This document shows, piece after piece, positions 1-13,400 of a stretch of DNA of 64,000 bases; positions within the stretch are counted from its first letter, which is position 1, and every line of letters begins with the position of its first letter. The DNA is from Antedon mediterranea (lineage: Eukaryota; Animalia; Echinodermata): assembly GCF_964355755.1 (NCBI RefSeq), contig NC_092672.1:16430001-16494000 (forward strand), read 5' to 3'. A program made the position numbers and the translations under genes. A model generated the notes under the pieces. The model ran no database searches. It saw only the letters and a list, made by a program, of their open reading frames with translations, and was not told the origin of the DNA.

Positions 1-3000
1 CAGCGAGAGAGAGAGATAGTTAGATCAGCGAGAGAGAGAGATAGATCAGCGAGAGAGAGATAGATATATCAGCGAGAGAGAGAGAGCGATAGATCAGAGA
101 AAGAGAGAGAGAGATAGATCAGCGAGAGATAGAGATAGATAGATCAGCGAGAGAGAGAGAGATCAGCGAGAGAGAGATAGATAGATCAGCGAGAGAGAGA
201 GATAGTTAGATCAGCGAGAGAAAGAGAGATAGATCAGCGAGAGAGAGAGATAGATAGATCAGCGAGAGAGAGAGAGAGAGATAGATCAGAGAGAGAGATA
301 GATCAGCGAGAGAGAAATAGATCAGAGAGAGAGAGAGAGAGATAGATCAGAGAGAGAGATAGATCAGCGAGAGAGAGATAGATCAGCGAGAGAGAGAGAT
401 AGATCAACGAGAGAGAGATAGATCAGCGAGAGAGATAGATCAGCGAGAGAGAGATAGATCAGCGAGAGAGAGATAGATCAGCGAGAGAGAGATAGATCAG
501 CGAGAGAGAGATAGATCAGCGAGAGAGAGATAGATCAGTGAGAGAGAGATAGATCAGCGAGAGAGAGATAGATCAGCGAGAGAGAGAGAGATCAGCGAGA
601 GAGATAGATCAGCGAGAGAGAGATATATCAGCGAGAGAGAGATAGATCAGCGAGAGAGATAGATCAGCGAGAGAGAAATAGATCAGCGAGAGAGATAGAT
701 CAGCGAGAGAGAGAGATAGATAGATCAGCGAGAGAGAGAGAGAGATAGATAGATAAGCGAGAGAGAGATAGATAGATCAGCGAGAGAGAGAGAGAGAGAG
801 ATCAGCGAGAGAGAGATAGATAGATCAGCGAGAGAGAGAGATAGTTAGATCAGCGAGAGAGAGAGATAGATCAGCGAGAGAGAGATAGATATATCAGCGA
901 GAGAGAGAGAGCGATAGATCAGAGAAAGAGAGAGAGAGAGATAGATCAGCGAGAGATAGAGATAGATAGATCAGCGAGAGAGAGAGAGATCAGCGAGAGA
1001 GAGATAGATAGATCAGCGAGAGAGAGAGATAGTTAGATCAGCGAGAGAAAGAGAGATAGATCAGCGAGAGAGAGAGATAGATAGATCAGCGAGAGAGAGA
1101 GAGAGAGATAGATCAGAGAGAGAGATAGATCAGCGAGAGAGAAATAGATCAGAGAGAGAGAGAGAGAGATAGATCAGAGAGAGAGATAGATCAGCGAGAG
1201 AGAGATAGATCAGCGAGAGAGAGATAGATCAGTGAGAGAGAGATAGATCAGCGAGAGAGAGATAGAATAGCGAGTGAGAGATAGATCAGCGAGAGAGAGA
1301 TAGATCAGCGAGAGAGAGATAGATCAGCGAGAGAGAGATAGATCAGCGAGAGAGAGATAGATCAGCGAGAGAGTGATAGATCAGCGAGAGAGAGAGATCA
1401 GCGAGAGAGAGATAGATCAGCGAGAGAGATAGATCAGCGGGAGAGAGATAGATCAGCGAGAGAGAGAGATAGATGAGCGAGAGAGAGATAGATATATCAG
1501 CGAGAGATAGATAGATCAGCGAGAGAGAGATAGATAGATCAGCGAGAGAGAGATAGATCAGCGAGAGAGAGATAGATAGATCAACGAGAGAGAGATAGAT
1601 CAGCGAGAGAGAGATAGATAGATCAGCGAGAGAAAGATAGATCAGCGAGAGAGAGAGAGATAGATAGATTAGCGAGAGAGAGATAGATCAGCGAGAGATA
1701 GATAGATCAGCCAGAGAGAGATAGATCAGCGAGAGAGGGATAGATCAGTGGGAGAAATAGATCAGCGAGAGAGAGATAGATCAGCAAGAGAGAGATAGAT
1801 CAGTGAGAGAGAGATAGATCAGCGAGAGAGAGATAGATCAGCGAGAGAGATATAGATCAGTGAGAGAGAGATAGATCAGCGAGAGATAGATAGATAGATA
1901 AGCGAGAGAGAGATAGATAGATCAGCGAGAGAGAGATAGATAGATCAGCGAGAGAGAGATTGATCAGCGAGAGAGAGATAGATAGATCAGCGAGAGAGAG
2001 AGATAGATAGATCAGCGAGAGAGAGAGATAGATAGATCAGCTAGAGAGAGAGATAGAGATCAGCGAGAGAGAGATAGATAGATCAGCGAGAGAGAGAGAG
2101 ATAGTTAGATCAGCGAGAGAGAGAGAGATAGATCAGTGAGAGAGAGATAGATAGATCAGCGAGAGAGAGAGATAGATCAGAGAGAGAGAGATAGATCAGA
2201 GAGAGAGAGAGATAGATCAGCGAGAGAGAGATAGATCAGCGAGAGAGAGAGAGATAGATCAATGAGAGAGAGATAGATCAGCGAGAGAGAGATAGATCAG
2301 CGATAGAGAGATAGATCAGCGAGAGAGATAGATCAGCGGGAGAGAGATAGATCAGCGAGAGAGAGATAGATCAGCGAGAGAGAGATAGATCAGTGAGAGA
2401 GATAGATCAGCGAGAGAGAGAGAGAGAGAGATCAGCAAGAGAGAGAGAGATAGATCAACGAGAGAGAGGTAGATCAGCGAGCGAGAGATAGAACAGCGAG
2501 AGAGAGTTAGATCAGCGAGAGAGAGAGATATATCAGCGACAGAGAGATAGATCAGCGAGAGATAGATCAGCGAGAGAGAGAGATAGATCAGCAAGAGAGA
2601 GATAGATCAGCGAGAGAGAGAGAGATAGATAGATCAGCGAGAGAGAGAGATAGATCGGCGAGAGAGAGAGAGAGAGAGAGATAGATCAGCGAGAGAGAGA
2701 TAGATCAGCGAGAGAGATAGATCAGCGAGAGAGATAGATCAGCGAGAAAGATAGATCAGCGAGAGAAATAGATAGATTAGCGAGAGAGAGATAGATCAGC
2801 GAGAGAGAGATAGATCAGCGTGAGAGAGATAGATCAGCGACAGAGAGATAGATCAGCAAGAGAGAGATAGATCAGTGACAGAGAGATAGATCAGCGAAAG
2901 AGAGATAGATCAGCGAGAGAGAGATAGATAAGCGAGAGAGAGATAGATCAACGAGAGAGAGATAGATAGATCAGCGAGAGAGAGAGATAGATTAGCGAGA

Positions 3001-5458
3001 GAGAGATAGATAGATCAGCGAGAGAGAGAGATCGATCAGCGAGAGAGAGAGAGATAGATCAGCGAGAGAGAGAGAGAGAGATAGATCAGCGAGAGATAGA
3101 TAGATAGATCAGCGAGAGAGAGATAGATCAGCGACAGAGAGATAGATAGATCAGCGAGAGAGAGAGAGATAGATCAGCGAGAGAGATAGATCAGCGAGAG
3201 AGAGATAGATCAGCGAGAGCGAGAGATAGATCAGCGAGAGAGAGATAGATCAGCGAGAGAGAGAGATAGATAGATCAGCGAGAGACAGATAGATCAGCGA
3301 GAGAGAGATAGATAGATCAGCGAGAGAGAGAGATAGATCAGCGACAGAGAGATAGATAGATCAGCGAGAGAGAGATAGATCAGCGAGAGAGAGATAGATA
3401 GATCAGCGAGAGAGATATAGATCAGCGACATAGAGATAGATCAGCGAGAGAGATAGATCAGCGAGAGAGATAGATCAGCGAGAGAGAGATAGATCAACGA
3501 GAGAGAGATAGATCAGCGAGAGAGATAGATCAGCGAGAGAGAGATAGATCAGCGAGAGAGAGAGAGAGATAGATCAGCGAGAGAGAGATAGATCAGCGAG
3601 AGAGAGATAGATCAGCGAGAGAGAGATAGATCGGTGAGAGAGAGATAGATCAGCGAGAGAGAGATAGATCAGCAAGAGAGAGAGAGAGATCAGCGAGAGA
3701 GATAGATCAGCGAGAGAGAGATATATCAGCGAGAGAGAGATAGATCAGCGAGAGAGATAGATCAGCGAGAGAGAAATAGATCAGCGAGAGAGAGATAGAT
3801 CAGCGAGAGAGAGAGATAGATAGATCAGCGAGAGAGAGAGAGATAGATAGATAAGCGAGAGAGAGATAGATAGATCAGCGAGAGAGAGAGAGAGAGATCA
3901 GCGAGAGAGAGATAGATAGATCAGCGAGAGAGAGAGATAGTTAGATCAGCGAGAGAGAGAGATAGATCAGCGAGAGAGAGATAGATATATCAGCGAGAGA
4001 GAGAGAGCGATAGATCAGAGAAAGAGAGAGAGAGATAGATCAGCGAGAGATAGAGATAGATAGATCAGCGAGAGAGAGAGAGAGATCAGCGAGAGAGAGA
4101 TAGATAGATCAGCGAGAGAGAGAGATAGTTAGATCAACGAGAGAAAAAGAGATAGATCAGCGAGAGAGAGAGATAGATAGATCAGCGAGAGAGAAATAGA
4201 TCAGAGAGAGAGAGAGAGAGATAGATCAGAGAGAGAGATAGATCAGCGAGAGAGAGATAGATCAGCGAGAGAGAGATAGATCAGTGAGAGAGAGATAGAT
4301 CAGCGAGAGAGAGATAGATCAGCGAGTGAGAGATAGATCAGCGAGAGAGAGATAGATCAGCGAGAGAGAGATAGATCAGCGAGAGAGATAGATCAGCGAG
4401 AGAGAGATAGATCAGCGAGAGAGTGATAGATCAGCGAGAGAGAGAGATCAGCGAGAGAGAGATAGATCAGCGAGAGAGATAGATCAGCGGGAGAGAGATA
4501 GATCAGCGAGAGAGAGAGATAGATGAGCGAGAGAGAGATAGATATATCAGCGAGAGATAGATAGATCAGCGAGAGAGAGATAGATAGATCAGCGAGAGAG
4601 AGATAGATCAGCGAGAGAGAGATAGATAGATCAACGAGAGAGAGATAGATCAGCGAGAGAGAGATAGATAGATCAGCGAGAGAAAGATAGATCAGCGAGA
4701 GAGAGAGAGAGATAGATAGATCAGCGAGAGAGAGATAGATCAGCGAGAGATAGATAGATCAGCCAGAGAGAGATAGATCAGCGAGAGAGGGATAGATCAG
4801 CGGGAGAGATAGATCAGCGAGAGAGAGATAGATCAGCAAGAGAGAGATAGATCAGTGAGAGAGAGATAGATCAGCGAGAGAGAGATAGATCAGCGAGAGA
4901 GATATAGATCAGTGAGAGAGAGATAGATCAGCGAGAGATAGATAGATAGATCAGCGAGAGAGAGATAGATAGATCAGCGAGAGAGAGATAGATAGATCAG
5001 CGAGAGAGAGATAGATCAGCGAGAGAGAGATAGATAGATCAGCGAGAGAGAGAGATAGATAGATCAGCGAGAGAGAGAGATAGATAGATCAGCTAGAGAG
5101 AGAGAGATAGAGATCAGCGAGAGAGAGATAGATAGATCAGCGAGAGAGAGAGAGATAGTTAGATCAGCGAGAGAGCGAGAGATAGATCAGTGAGAGAGAG
5201 ATAGATAGATCAGCGAGAGAGAGAGATAGATCAGAGAGAGAGAGATAGATCAGAGAGAGAGAGAGATAGATCAGCGAGAGAGAGATAGATCAGCGAGAGA
5301 GAGAGATAGATCAATGAGAGAGAGATAGATCAGCGAGAGAGAGATAGATCAGCGATAGAGAGATAGATCAGCGAGAGAGATAGATCAGCGGGAGAGAGAT
5401 AGATCAGCGAGAGAGAGATAGATCAGCGAGAGAGAGATAGATCAGTGAGAGAGATAGA

Positions 5459-5491
<33 letters not shown>

Positions 5492-7380
5492 TCAGCAAGA
5501 GAGAGATAGATCAGCGAGAGAGATAGATCAGCGAGAGAGAGATAGATCAGCGAGAGAGAGATAGATCAGTGAGAGAGAGATAGATCAGCGAGAGAGAGAT
5601 AGATCAGCGAGAGAGAGATAGATCAGCGAGAGAGAGATAGATCAGCGAGAGAGAGATAGATCAGCGAGAGAGAGAGATAGATCAGCGAGAGAGAGATAGA
5701 TCAGCGAGAGAGAGATATATCAGCGAGAGAGATAGATCAGCGAGAGAGAGAGATAGATCAGCGAGAGAGAGAAAAATCAGCGAGAGAGAGATAGATCAGC
5801 GAGAGAGAGATAGATCAGCGAGAGAGAGATAGATCAGCGAGAGAGAGAGATAGATAAGCGAGAGAGAGATAGATCAGCGAGAGAGAGATAGATCAGCGAG
5901 AAAGAGAGAGAGAGATAGATCAGCGAGAGAGAGATAGATCAGCGAGAGAGAGATAGATCAGCGAGAGAGAGATAGATCAGCGAGAGAGAGATATATCAGC
6001 GGGAGAGAGATAGATCAGCGAGAGAGAGAGATAGATCAGCGATAGAGAGGATAGATCAGCGAGAGAGAGAGATAGATCAGCGAGAGAGAGATTGATCAGC
6101 GAGAGAGAGATAGATCAGCGAGAGAGAGATAGATCAGCGAGAGAGAGATAGATCAGCGAGAGAGAGATAGATCAGTGAGAGAGAGATAGATCAGCGAGAG
6201 AGAGATAGATCAGCGAGAGAGAGATAGATCAGCGAGAGAGAGATAGATCAGCGAGAGAGAGATATATCAACGAGAGAGAGAGAGATATTTCAGCGAGAGA
6301 GAGATATTTCAGCGAGAGAGAGATAGATCAGCGAGAGAGAGATAGATCAGCGAGAGAGAGATAGATCAGCGAGAGAGAGATAGATCAGCCAGAGGGAGAT
6401 AGATCAGCCAGAGAGAGATAGATCAGCGTGAGAGAGATAGATCAGCGAGAGAGAGATAGATCAGCGAGAGAAAGAGATAGGTCAGCAAGAGAGAGATAGA
6501 TCAGCGAGAGAGAGATAGATCAGCGAGAGAGAGAGATAGATCAGCGAGAGGGAGATAGATCAGCGAGAGCGAGAGATAGATAGATCAGTGAGATAGAGAT
6601 AGATTAGCGAGAGAGAGAGATAGATCAGCGAGAGAGAGATAGATCAGGGACAGAGAGATAGATAGATCAGCGAGAGAGAGATAGATCTGCGAGAGAGAGA
6701 TAGATAGATCAGCGAGAGAGATATAGATCAGCGTGAGAGATAGATAGGTCAGCGAGAGAGAGATAGATCAGCGAGAGAGAGAGATAGATAGATCAGCGAG
6801 AGAGAGATAGATCAGCGAGAGAGAGATAGATAGATCAGCGAGAGAGAGATAGATCAGGGAGAGAGAGAGATATATATCAGCGAGAGAGAGATAGATCAGC
6901 GAGAGAGAGATAGATCAGCGAGAGAGAGAGATAGATCAGCGAAAGAGAGATAGATCAGCGAGAGAGAGATAGATAGATCAGCGAGAGAGAGAGATTGATC
7001 AGCGAGAGAGAGATAGATAGATCAGCGAGAGAGAGAGATAGATCAGCGAGAGAGAGATAGATAGATCAGCGAGAGAGAGAGATAGATTAGCGAGAGAGAG
7101 ATAGATAGATCAGCGAGAAAGAGAGATAGATCAGCGAGAGAGAGAGATAGATCAGCGAGAGAGAGAGAGAGAGAGATAGATCAGCGAGAGATAGATAGAT
7201 AGATCAGCGAGAGAGACATAGATCAGCGACAGAGAGATAGATAGATCAGCGACAGAGAGATAGATCAGCGAGAGAGAGAGATAGATCAGCGAGAAAGAGA
7301 TAGATCAGCGACAGAGATATAGATCAGCGAGAGAGATAGATCAGCGATAGAGAGATAGATCAGCGAGAGAGAGAGATAGA

Positions 7381-7417
<37 letters not shown>

Positions 7418-10400
7418 TCAGCGAGAGATAGATAGATAGATCAGCGAGAGAGACATAGATCAGCGACAGAGAGATAGATAGATCAGCGACAGAGAGATAG
7501 ATCAGCGAGAGAGAGAGATAGATCAGCGAGAAAGAGATAGATCAGCGACAGAGATATAGATCAGCGAGAGAGATAGATCAGCGATAGAGAGATAGATCAG
7601 CGAGAGAGAGAGATAGATCAGCGAGAGAGAGAGAGAGATAGATCAACGAGAGAGAGGTAGATCAGCGAGCGAGAGATAGAACAGCGAGAGAGAGTTAGAT
7701 CAGCGAGAGAGAGAGAGATATATCAGCGACAGAGAGATAGATCAGCGAGAGATAGATCAGCGAGAGAGAGAGATAGATCAGCGAGAGAGAGATAGATCAG
7801 CGAGAGAGAGAGAGATAGATAGATCAACGAGAGAGAGAGATAGATCGGCGAGAGAGAGATAGATAGATCAGCGAGAGAGACATAGATCAGCGACAGAGAG
7901 ATAGATAGATCAGCGAGAGAGAGATAGATCAGCGAGAGAGAGAGATAGATAGATCAGCGAGAGAGATAGATCAGCCAGAGGGAGATAGATCAGCCAGAGA
8001 GAGAGATAGATCAGCGTGAGAGAGATAGATCAGCGAGAGAGAGATAGATCAGCGAGAGAGAGAGATAGATCAGCGAGAGATATAGATCAGCGAGAGAGAG
8101 ATAGATCAGCGAGAGAGAGATAGATCAGCGAGAGAGAGATAGATCAGCGAGAGCGAGAGATAGATAGATCAGCGAGAGAGAAATAGATCAGCGAGAGAGA
8201 GAGATAGATCAGCGAGAGAGAGATAGATCAGGGACAGAGAGATAGATAGATCAGCGAGAGAGAGATAGATCTGCGAGAGAGAGATAGATAGATCAGCAAG
8301 AGAGATATAGATCAGCGAGAGAGAGAGATAGATAGATCAGCGAGAGAGAGATTGATCAGCGAGAGAGAGATAGATAGATCAGCGAGAAAGAGATAGATCA
8401 GCGAGAGAGAGATAGATAGATCAGCGAGAGAGAGATAGATCAGCGAGAGAGAGATATATCAGCGAGAGAGAGATAGATCAGCGAGAGAGAGATAGATCAG
8501 CGAGAGAGAGAGAGAGATAGATCAGCGAGAGAGAGATAGATCAGCGAGAGAGAGATAGATAGATCAGCGAGAGAGAGAGATAGATCAGCGAGAGAGAGAT
8601 AGATAGATCAGCGAGAGAGAGAGATAGATAAGCGAGAGAGAGATATATAGATCAGCGAGAGAGAGATAGATCAGCGAGAGAGAGATAGATCAGCGAGAGA
8701 GAGATTGATCAGCGAGAGAGAGATAGATCAGCGAGAGAGAGATAGATCAGCGAGAGAGAGATTGATCAGCGAGAGAGAAATAGATCAGCGACAAAGAAAT
8801 AGATCAGCGAGAGAGATAGATCAGCGAGAGAGAGATAGATCAGCGAAAGAGAAATAGATCAGCGAGAGAGAGATAGATCAGCGAGAGAGAGATAGATCAG
8901 CGAGAGAGAGAGATAGATCAGCGAGAGAGAGATAGATCAGCGAGAGAGAGAGATAGATAGATCAGCGAGAGAGAGATAGATCAGCGAGAGAGAGATAGAT
9001 AGATCAGCGAGAGAGAGATAGATCAGGGAGAGAGAGAGAGATATATCAGCGAGAGAGAGATAGATCAGCGAGAGAGAGATAGATCAGCGAGAGAGAGAGA
9101 TAGATCAGCGAGAGAGAGATAGATCAGCGAGAGAGAGAGATAGATAGATCAGCGAGAGAGAGAGATTGATCAGCGAGAGAGAGATAGATAGATCAGCGAG
9201 AGAGAGAGATAGATCAGCGAGAGAGAGATAGATAGATCAGCGAGAGAGAGAGATAGATTAGCGAGAGAGAGATAGATAGATCAGCGAGAGAGAGAGAGAT
9301 CGATCAGCGAGAGAGAGAGAGAGATAGATATGCGAGAGAGAGAGAGAGAGAGAGAGATAGATCAGCGAGAGATAGATAGATAGATCAGCGAGAGAGAGAT
9401 AGATCAGCGACAGAGAGATAGATAGATCAGCGAGAGAGAGATAGATCAGCGAGAGAGAGAGATAGATCAGCGAGAAAGAGATAGATCAGCGACAGAGATA
9501 TAGATCAGCGAGAGAGATAGATCAGCGACAGAGATATAGATCAGCGAGAGAGATAGATCAGCGATAGAGAGATAGATCAGCGAGAGAGAGAGATAGATCA
9601 GCGAGAGAGAGAGAGAGATAGATCAACGAGAGAGAGGTAGATCAGCGAGCGAGAGATAGAACAGCGAGAGAGAGTTAGATCAGCGAGAGAGAGAGAGATA
9701 TATCAGCGACAGAGAGATAGATCAGCGAGAGATAGATCAGCGAGAGAGAGAGATAGATCAGCAAGAGAGAGATAGATCAGCGAGAGAGAGAGAGATAGAT
9801 AGATCAGCGAGAGAGAGAGATAGATCGGCGAGAGAGAGATAGATAGATCAGCGAGAGAGAGATAGATCAGCGACAGAGAGATAGATAGATCAGCGAGAGA
9901 GAGATAGATCAGCGAGAGAGAGAGATAGATAGATCAGCGAGAGAGAGATAGATCAGCGACAGAGAGATAGATCAGCGACAGAGATAGATCAGCGAGAGAG
10001 ATAGATCAGCGAGAAAGAGATAGATCAGCGAGAAAGAGGTAGATCAGCGAGCGAGAGATAGATCAGCGAGAGAGAGATAGATCAGCGAGAGAGAGATAGA
10101 TCAGCGAGAGAGATAGATCAGCGAGAGAGAGATAGATCAGCGAGAGCGAGAGATAGATCAGCGAGAGAGAGATAGATCAGCGAGAGAGAGAGATAGATAG
10201 ATCAGCGAGAGACAGATAGATCAGCGAGAGAGAGATAGATAGATCAGCAAGAGAGAGAGATAGATCAGCGACAGAGAGATAGATAGATCAGCGAGAGAGA
10301 GATAGATCAGCGAGAGAGAGATAGATAGATCAGCGAGAGAGATATAGATCAGCGACATAGAGATAGATCAGCGAGAGAGATAGATCAGCAAGAGAGATAG

Positions 10401-13400
10401 ATCAGCGAGAGAGAGAGATAGATCAACGAGAGAGAGATAGATCAGCGAGAGAGATAGATCAGCGAGAGAGAGATAGATCAGCGAGAGAGAGAGAGAGATA
10501 GATCAGCGAGAGAGAGATAGATCAGCGAGAGAGAGATAGATCAGCGAGAGAGAGATAGATCAGTGAGAGAGAGATAGATCAGCGAGAGAGAGATAGATCA
10601 GCGAGAGAGAGAGAGATCAGCGAGAGAGATAGATCAGCGAGAGAGAGATATATCAGCGAGAGAGAGATAGATCAGCGAGAGAGATAGATCAGCGAGAGAG
10701 AAATAGATCAGCGAGAGAGATAGATCAGCGAGAGAGAGAGATAGATAGATCAGCGAGAGAGAGAGAGAGATAGATAGATAAGCGAGAGAGAGATAGATAG
10801 ATCAGCGAGAGAGAGAGAGAGAGAGATCAGCGAGAGAGAGATAGATAGATCAGCGAGAGAGAGAGATAGTTAGATCAGCGAGAGAGAGAGATAGATCAGC
10901 GAGAGAGAGATAGATATATCAGCGAGAGAGAGAGAGCGATAGATCAGAAAAAGAGAGAGAGAGATAGATCAGCGAGAGATAGAGATAGATAGATCAGCGA
11001 GAGAGAGAGAGATCAGCGAGAGAGAGATAGATAGATCAGCGAGAGAGAGAGATAGTTAGATCAGCGAGAGAAAGAGAGATAGATCAGCGAGAGAGAGAGA
11101 TAGATAGATCAGCGAGAGAGAGAGAGAGAGATAGATCAGAGAGAGAGATAGATCAGCGAGAGAGAAATAGATCAGAGAGAGAGAGAGAGAGATAGATCAG
11201 AGAGAGAGATAGATCAGCGAGAGAGAGATAGATCAGCGAGAGAGAGAGATAGATCAACGAGAGAGAGATAGATCAGCGAGAGAGATAGATCAGCGAGAGA
11301 GAGATAGATCAGCGAGAGAGAGAGAGAGATAGATCAGCGAGAGAGAGATAGATCAGCGAGAGAGAGATAGATCAGCGAGAGAGAGATAGATCAGTGAGAG
11401 AGAGATAGATCAGCGAGAGAGAGATAGATCAGCGAGAGAGAGAGAGATCAGCGAGAGAGATAGATCAGCGAGAGAGAGATATATCAGCGAGAGAGAGATA
11501 GATCAGCGAGAGAGATAGATCAGCGAGAGAGAAATAGATCAGCGAGAGAGATAGATCAGCGAGAGAGAGAGATAGATAGATCAGCGAGAGAGAGAGAGAG
11601 ATAGATAGATAAGCGAGAGAGAGATAGATAGATCAGCGAGAGAGAGAGAGAGAGAGATCAGCGAGAGAGAGATAGATAGATCAGCGAGAGAGAGAGATAG
11701 TTAGGTCAGCGAGAGAGAGAGATAGATCAGCGAGAGAGAGATAGATATATCAGCGAGAGAGAGAGAGCGATAGATCAGAGAAAGAGAGAGAGAGATAGAT
11801 CAGCGAGAGATAGAGATAGATAGATCAGCGAGAGAGAGAGAGATCAGCGAGAGAGAGATAGATAGATCAGCGAGAGAGAGAGATAGTTAGATCAGCGAGA
11901 GAAAGAGAGATAGATCAGCGAGAGAGAGAGATAGATAGATCAGCGAGAGAGAGAGAGAGAGATAGATCAGAGAGAGAGATAGATCAGCGAGAGAGAAATA
12001 GATCAGAGAGAGAGAGAGAGAGATAGATCAGAGAGAGAGATAGATCAGCGAGAGAGAGATAGATCAGCGAGAGAGAGATAGATCAGTGAGAGAGAGATAG
12101 ATCAGCGAGAGAGAGATAGAATAGCGAGTGAGAGATAGATCAGCGAGAGAGAGATAGATCAGCGAGAGAGAGATAGATCAGCGAGAGAGAGATAGATCAG
12201 CGAGAGAGAGATAGATCAGCGAGAGAGTGATAGATCAGCGAGAGAGAGAGAGATCAGCGAGAGAGAGATAGATCAGCGAGAGAGATAGATCAGCGGGAGA
12301 GAGATAGATCAGCGAGAGAGAGAGATAGATGAGCGAGAGAGAGATAGATATATCAGCGAGAGATAGATAGATCAGCGAGAGAGAGATAGATAGATCAGCG
12401 AGAGAGAGATAGATCAGCCAGAGAGAGATAGATAGATCAACGAGAGAGAGATAGATCAGCGAGAGAGAGATAGATAGATCAGCGAGAGAAAGATAGATCA
12501 GCGAGAGAGAGAGAGATAGATAGATTAGCGAGAGAGAGATAGATCAGCGAGAGATAGATAGATCAGCCAGAGAGAGATAGATCAGCGAGAGAGGGATAGA
12601 TCAGTGGGAGAAATAGATCAGCGAGAGAGAGATAGATCAGCAAGAGAGAGATAGATCAGTGAGAGAGAGATAGATCAGCGAGAGAGAGATAGATCAGCGA
12701 GAGAGATATAGATCAGTGAGAGAGAGATAGATCAGCGAGAGATAGATAGATAGATCAGCGAGAGAGAGATAGATAGATCAGCGAGAGAGAGATAGATAGA
12801 TCAGCGAGAGAGAGATTGATCAGCGAGAGAGAGATAGATAGATCAGCGAGAGAGAGAGATAGATAGATCAGCGAGAGAGAGAGATAGATAGATCAGCTAG
12901 AGAGAGAGATAGAGATCAGCGAGAGAGAGATAGATAGATCAGCGAGAGAGAGAGAGATAGTTAGATCAGCGAGAGAGAGAGATAGATCAGTGAGAGAGAG
13001 ATAGATAGATCAGCGAGAGAGAGAGATAGATCAGAGAGAGAGAGATAGATCAGAGAGAGAGAGAGATAGATCAGCGAGAGAGAGATAGATCAGCGAGAGA
13101 GAGAGATAGATCAATGAGAGAGAGATAGATCAGCGAGAGAGAGATAGATCAGCGATAGAGAGATAGATCAGCGAGAGAGATAGATCAGCGGGAGAGAGAT
13201 AGATCAGCGAGAGAGAGATAGATCAGCGAGAGAGAGATAGATCAGTGAGAGAGATAGATCAGCGAGAGAGAGAGAGAGAGAGATCAGCAAGAGAGAGAGA
13301 GATAGATCAACGAGAGAGAGGTAGATCAGCGAGCGAGAGATAGAACAGCGAGAGAGAGTTAGATCAGCGAGAGAGAGAGATATATCAGCGACAGAGAGAT

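Noticed and set aside
2352-2594. 80-aa minus-strand ORF rich in L/S/I (identical copy at 13204-13446)
   Set aside because: It is a translation of the CT-rich minisatellite strand with a non-ATG start. The identity between copies reflects the 10.85-kb duplication, not coding constraint.
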